Source: an uncultured Nitrospinaceae bacterium
Lineage (GTDB): Bacteria > UBA8248
Length of the DNA stretch: 44,036 nucleotides
NCBI GenBank assembly: GCA_964394385.1
Contig: CAYMWZ010000001.1
Span: forward strand, 1-44,036
Reading direction: 5' to 3'
Part shown: positions 41,613 through 44,036 of the stretch, piece after piece
How the letters are laid out: each line of letters begins with the position of its first letter
Position numbering within the stretch: position 1 is the stretch's first letter
The notes under the pieces: model-generated
The model's input: the letters and a program-made list of their open reading frames with translations, nothing else
The model's database searches: none
Told to the model about the DNA's origin: nothing
Translations under genes and position numbers: made by a program

Positions 41613-42573
41613 CTACCTTCCGCGCTCGCCTCCCGAGGCGGCGGCCCGGCCCCGCCGGGCGGGGGGGATGCCCGCCCGCCAGGCGGCGAAGAGATAGGTC
41701 GTCGCCAGCCCTCCCCACGGCGCCCACCGCTCGGCCCGCCCGCGCACGCGCCTCTCCTCGGCCCACGCCCTCCCAAGACAGTAGCGCGCCACGACCTTCT
41801 GCACGCCCAAATCCCCTCCCGCAAACGCCTCGACGCGGCCCAGCCCCCGGAAGAGCGCCTGCTCGGCCGTCCAGCGCCCGACCCCCCGGAGAGCGGTGAG
41901 GCGCCCGATTGCCTCCTCCAAGGGGAGGCGGCGCAGGGCCTCCGCATCCAGCGCGCCATCGGCGGAGGCCACGGCCACCCCGATGACATACTCCGCTTTC
42001 CGCGCAGAGAATTGCAAACCGCGGAGGGTCTCGGGCCGCGCCCGCACCAGGCGCTCGGGACGAGGGAAGGCAAAGTGGGTCTGACCCCCAATCACGAGCC
42101 TCTCCCCCCACCGCCCGACCATGCGGGCACGAATGATCCCGCCGAAGGTGAGGTTCACCTGCTGGGTGGTGATCGCCGTCACGAGCGCCTCGAACACACT
42201 CAGGTAGCGGACAGGGCGAAGCCCATGAAAACGCTCCACCAAGGGAGCCAGGTGCGGATCCCCGCGGGCCATCTCGTAGAAGGGCCTAAGATCCAGGTCC
42301 AGGGCCAGGATGTGGCGGAGCGCCGCCTCCCCCGCCTGGGCCGCCCGCCGGGGCAGGCGGCCCGGCGCCCGCAGCTGGAGCGCCACCGGGGCCCGGGGAC
42401 CGGCCCCCCCCCGCCTCCGCCTCGAGGAGAAAGAGACCCCCCGCCCCATCCTCCACCGCCCGGCGGTAGACCCTGCCGTCGTAGCGGTTCACGCGCTCAT
42501 CGGGCGCCACCTGAAAGCGGCTCAAACTCTCGTGGAAGCGCAACGGGCCGCGGGGGCGGATGCTTTTGCGCAA
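41613..42573 (-). pseudogene. AlkA-like DNA-3-methyladenine glycosylase II (HhH-GPD family), reading frame interrupted at a 9-nt G/C homopolymer
   Basis: C-terminal frame (41613..42449): DLRPFYEMARGDPHLAPLVERFHGLRP...TQQVNLTFG...LRGVGRWTAEQALFRGLGR...GDLGV is the HhH-GPD core. The N-terminal ~55 codons of the family (LRFHESLSRFQVAPDERVNRYDGRVYRRAVEDGAGGLFLLEAEAGG) lie in another frame (42286..42690 ORF). The two join exactly at the C9 run 42404-42412. The start (TTG 42573?) is uncertain. Confidence 0.6.
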
Positions 42574-42583
42574 AACCCCCACT

Positions 42584-43360
42584 CTAGGCCACCATCCGGC
42601 GGCCCACGAGGGCGCACGAGACGGACAAGAAGGCCGCCGTGCAGGCGAAGAGGAAAAACAGATGCCAAGCCGCGTTTTCCACCCGGCCATGAACGATGAG
42701 GCCCCGCGCGAGCTCCACCGCGTGGGTGAGGGGGAGCGCCATCGAAAGCGTCTGCATCCATTCGGGGAGGCCGGAGATGGGAAAGAAGGTGCCCGCGAAA
42801 AAGAACATGGGCATCACCACGAGGGAGAAGTGGAAGTTGAAGAAGGTGTGGCTCGGCGCGACCGAGGTGGCGATGAGCCCCAGCGCGGCGAACATCAGGG
42901 CCTCCAGAAACACCACGGGGATGACGGCCAACGCCCAAACGGAGCCGACCAGGCCGAAGGCGGTGAGGACGATCAGCATGAGGATGGCCCCGATCAGGGC
43001 GCGGGTGGCGCACCAGAGGAGGTCCCCCAGCACGACGTCCCCCACCGTCAGGGGGGCGGAGAGCATCGCCTCGTAGATGTGCTGGATGCGCATGCGGGAG
43101 AAGGTCCCGTAGGTTGCCTCGTAGGAGGAGGACCACATGGCGATCGAAACCACCAGCCCCGGAGCGATGAACTGCGCGTAGGGCATGCCCGCGATGGCGG
43201 GGACGAGGCGGCCAAGCCCGTAGCCAAACGCCAGAAGGTAGAGAAAATGCTCGGCCAGGCTGCCCGCCCACTCGGCCAGAAAAAACGAGCGGTACATGAC
43301 GAGGTGCCGCACCCAGACGCGCAGCGCCCGGTGGCTCGGAGCGTGGGGCCAAGGCTTCAT
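42584..43360 (-). CDS. ABC-2 type transporter permease (NodJ/DrrB-like)
   Basis: 258 aa with about six hydrophobic segments and an N-terminal RVWVRHLVMYRSFFLAEWAGSLAEHFLYLLAFGYGLG typical of the ABC-2 family. There is an ATGA overlap with the upstream ATPase gene. Confidence 0.88.
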   Translation of the reverse strand: MKPWPHAPSHRALRVWVRHLVMYRSFFLAEWAGSLAEHFLYLLAFGYGLGRLVPAIAGMPYAQFIAPGLVVSIAMWSSSYEATYGTFSRMRIQHIYEAMLSAPLTVGDVVLGDLLWCATRALIGAILMLIVLTAFGLVGSVWALAVIPVVFLEALMFAALGLIATSVAPSHTFFNFHFSLVVMPMFFFAGTFFPISGLPEWMQTLSMALPLTHAVELARGLIVHGRVENAAWHLFFLFACTAAFLSVSCALVGRRMVA

Positions 43361-44036
43361 TCGCGCAGCTCCCGGCCCGTGAGCCGGAGGAACAAGTCCT
43401 CCAGGGTGGCGGGCCGGCGCAAAAAGTTCCTGCGCCCGGAGGAGATGAGGCGTTCCATCACCGGCGCCCCGTTCCGGCAGTAGAGGTAGAGCGTGTCGCC
43501 CACCCGCTCGGCGTCGAGGGAGAGCCCGTCGAGGGCGGAAAGCGCCGCTTCCTCCTCCGCTCCGCGAAGCTCGATCACGTCCTCCCCCACCCTCTCCCGC
43601 ACGAGCTCGCGCGGGGCGCCCTCGACGAGAAACTTCCCCACGTCCATCACCCCGATCCGGTCGCAGAGCTGGGCCGCCTCCTCCATGTAGTGGGTGGTGA
43701 GGAGGATGCTCAGCCCCTGCCGCCTGAGCTCCCGGAGGCGGTGCCAGACGAGGTGCCTCGCCTGGGGGTCGAGGCCGGTCGTGGGCTCATCCAAGATGAG
43801 GAGGCGCGGCCGGTGGACGAGGGCGCGGGCGATGAGCAGCCTGCGCTTCATGCCGCCCGAGAGGGTCTTGATCTGAGAGCTCCACTTCTCCCGGAGCTGA
43901 AAAAAATCGAGCAGCTCCTCGATCCGAGGGCGCGAATTGCGGCGCGGAATGCCGAAGTAGCCCGCGTAAACCCAGAGATTCTCGTAGACGGTCAGCTCGG
44001 TGTCGAGGGTGCCCTCCTGGGGGACGATGCCCGTGC
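43357..44036 (-). CDS. ABC transporter ATP-binding protein (NodI/DrrA-like), 5' end outside window
   Basis: The frame is open to the right window edge. It has the signature LSGGMKRRLLIARAL, Walker [13 protein letters not shown] and H-loop TTHYMEEA. The listed 164-aa ORF is only the part after an internal Met. Confidence 0.9.
   Translation of the reverse strand, partial: TGIVPQEGTLDTELTVYENLWVYAGYFGIPRRNSRPRIEELLDFFQLREKWSSQIKTLSGGMKRRLLIARALVHRPRLLILDEPTTGLDPQARHLVWHRLRELRRQGLSILLTTHYMEEAAQLCDRIGVMDVGKFLVEGAPRELVRERVGEDVIELRGAEEEAALSALDGLSLDAERVGDTLYLYCRNGAPVMERLISSGRRNFLRRPATLEDLFLRLTGRELRE

Overview
The window is 44 kb from a visibly GC-rich bacterial chromosome. LPS heptosyltransferase, IHF and periplasmic HtrA proteases suggest a Gram-negative-type cell envelope. 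It is densely packed with about 43 core housekeeping genes and one tRNA, mostly on the minus strand. I see three modules. (1) An aromatic amino-acid supercluster: aroC-aroK, pheA-hisC-tyrA and trpE-G-D-C, interleaved with miaA, ihfB, sppA, rpsA and cmk. (2) A TCA-cycle block: icd-mdh-fumarase alpha/beta-sucC-sucD-ndk. (3) Envelope and maintenance genes: rsmA, a GT9 heptosyltransferase, lepB-lepA, two tandem HtrA proteases, dgt, an AlkA-like glycosylase and an ABC-2 exporter. I found no CRISPR array, transposase, integrase, phage gene or recognisable defence system, and I cannot support any claim of a novel multi-gene system here. The features most worth a second look are regulatory or structural. 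They are a leader-peptide (W-P-W) transcription attenuator with promoter and palindromes in front of trpE, a 65-nt AT-rich island with an IHF-consensus core between hisC and tyrA, an AlkA-like gene split by a 9-nt homopolymer, and a small 4xCxxC protein next to an FmdB zinc-ribbon gene. Many ORF-track entries are over-extended at the N-terminus or are long antisense ORFs typical of GC-rich DNA. I trimmed starts using homology to known N-termini, Shine-Dalgarno spacing and upstream stop codons. All calls come from reading the sequence and translations by eye; no database search was run.
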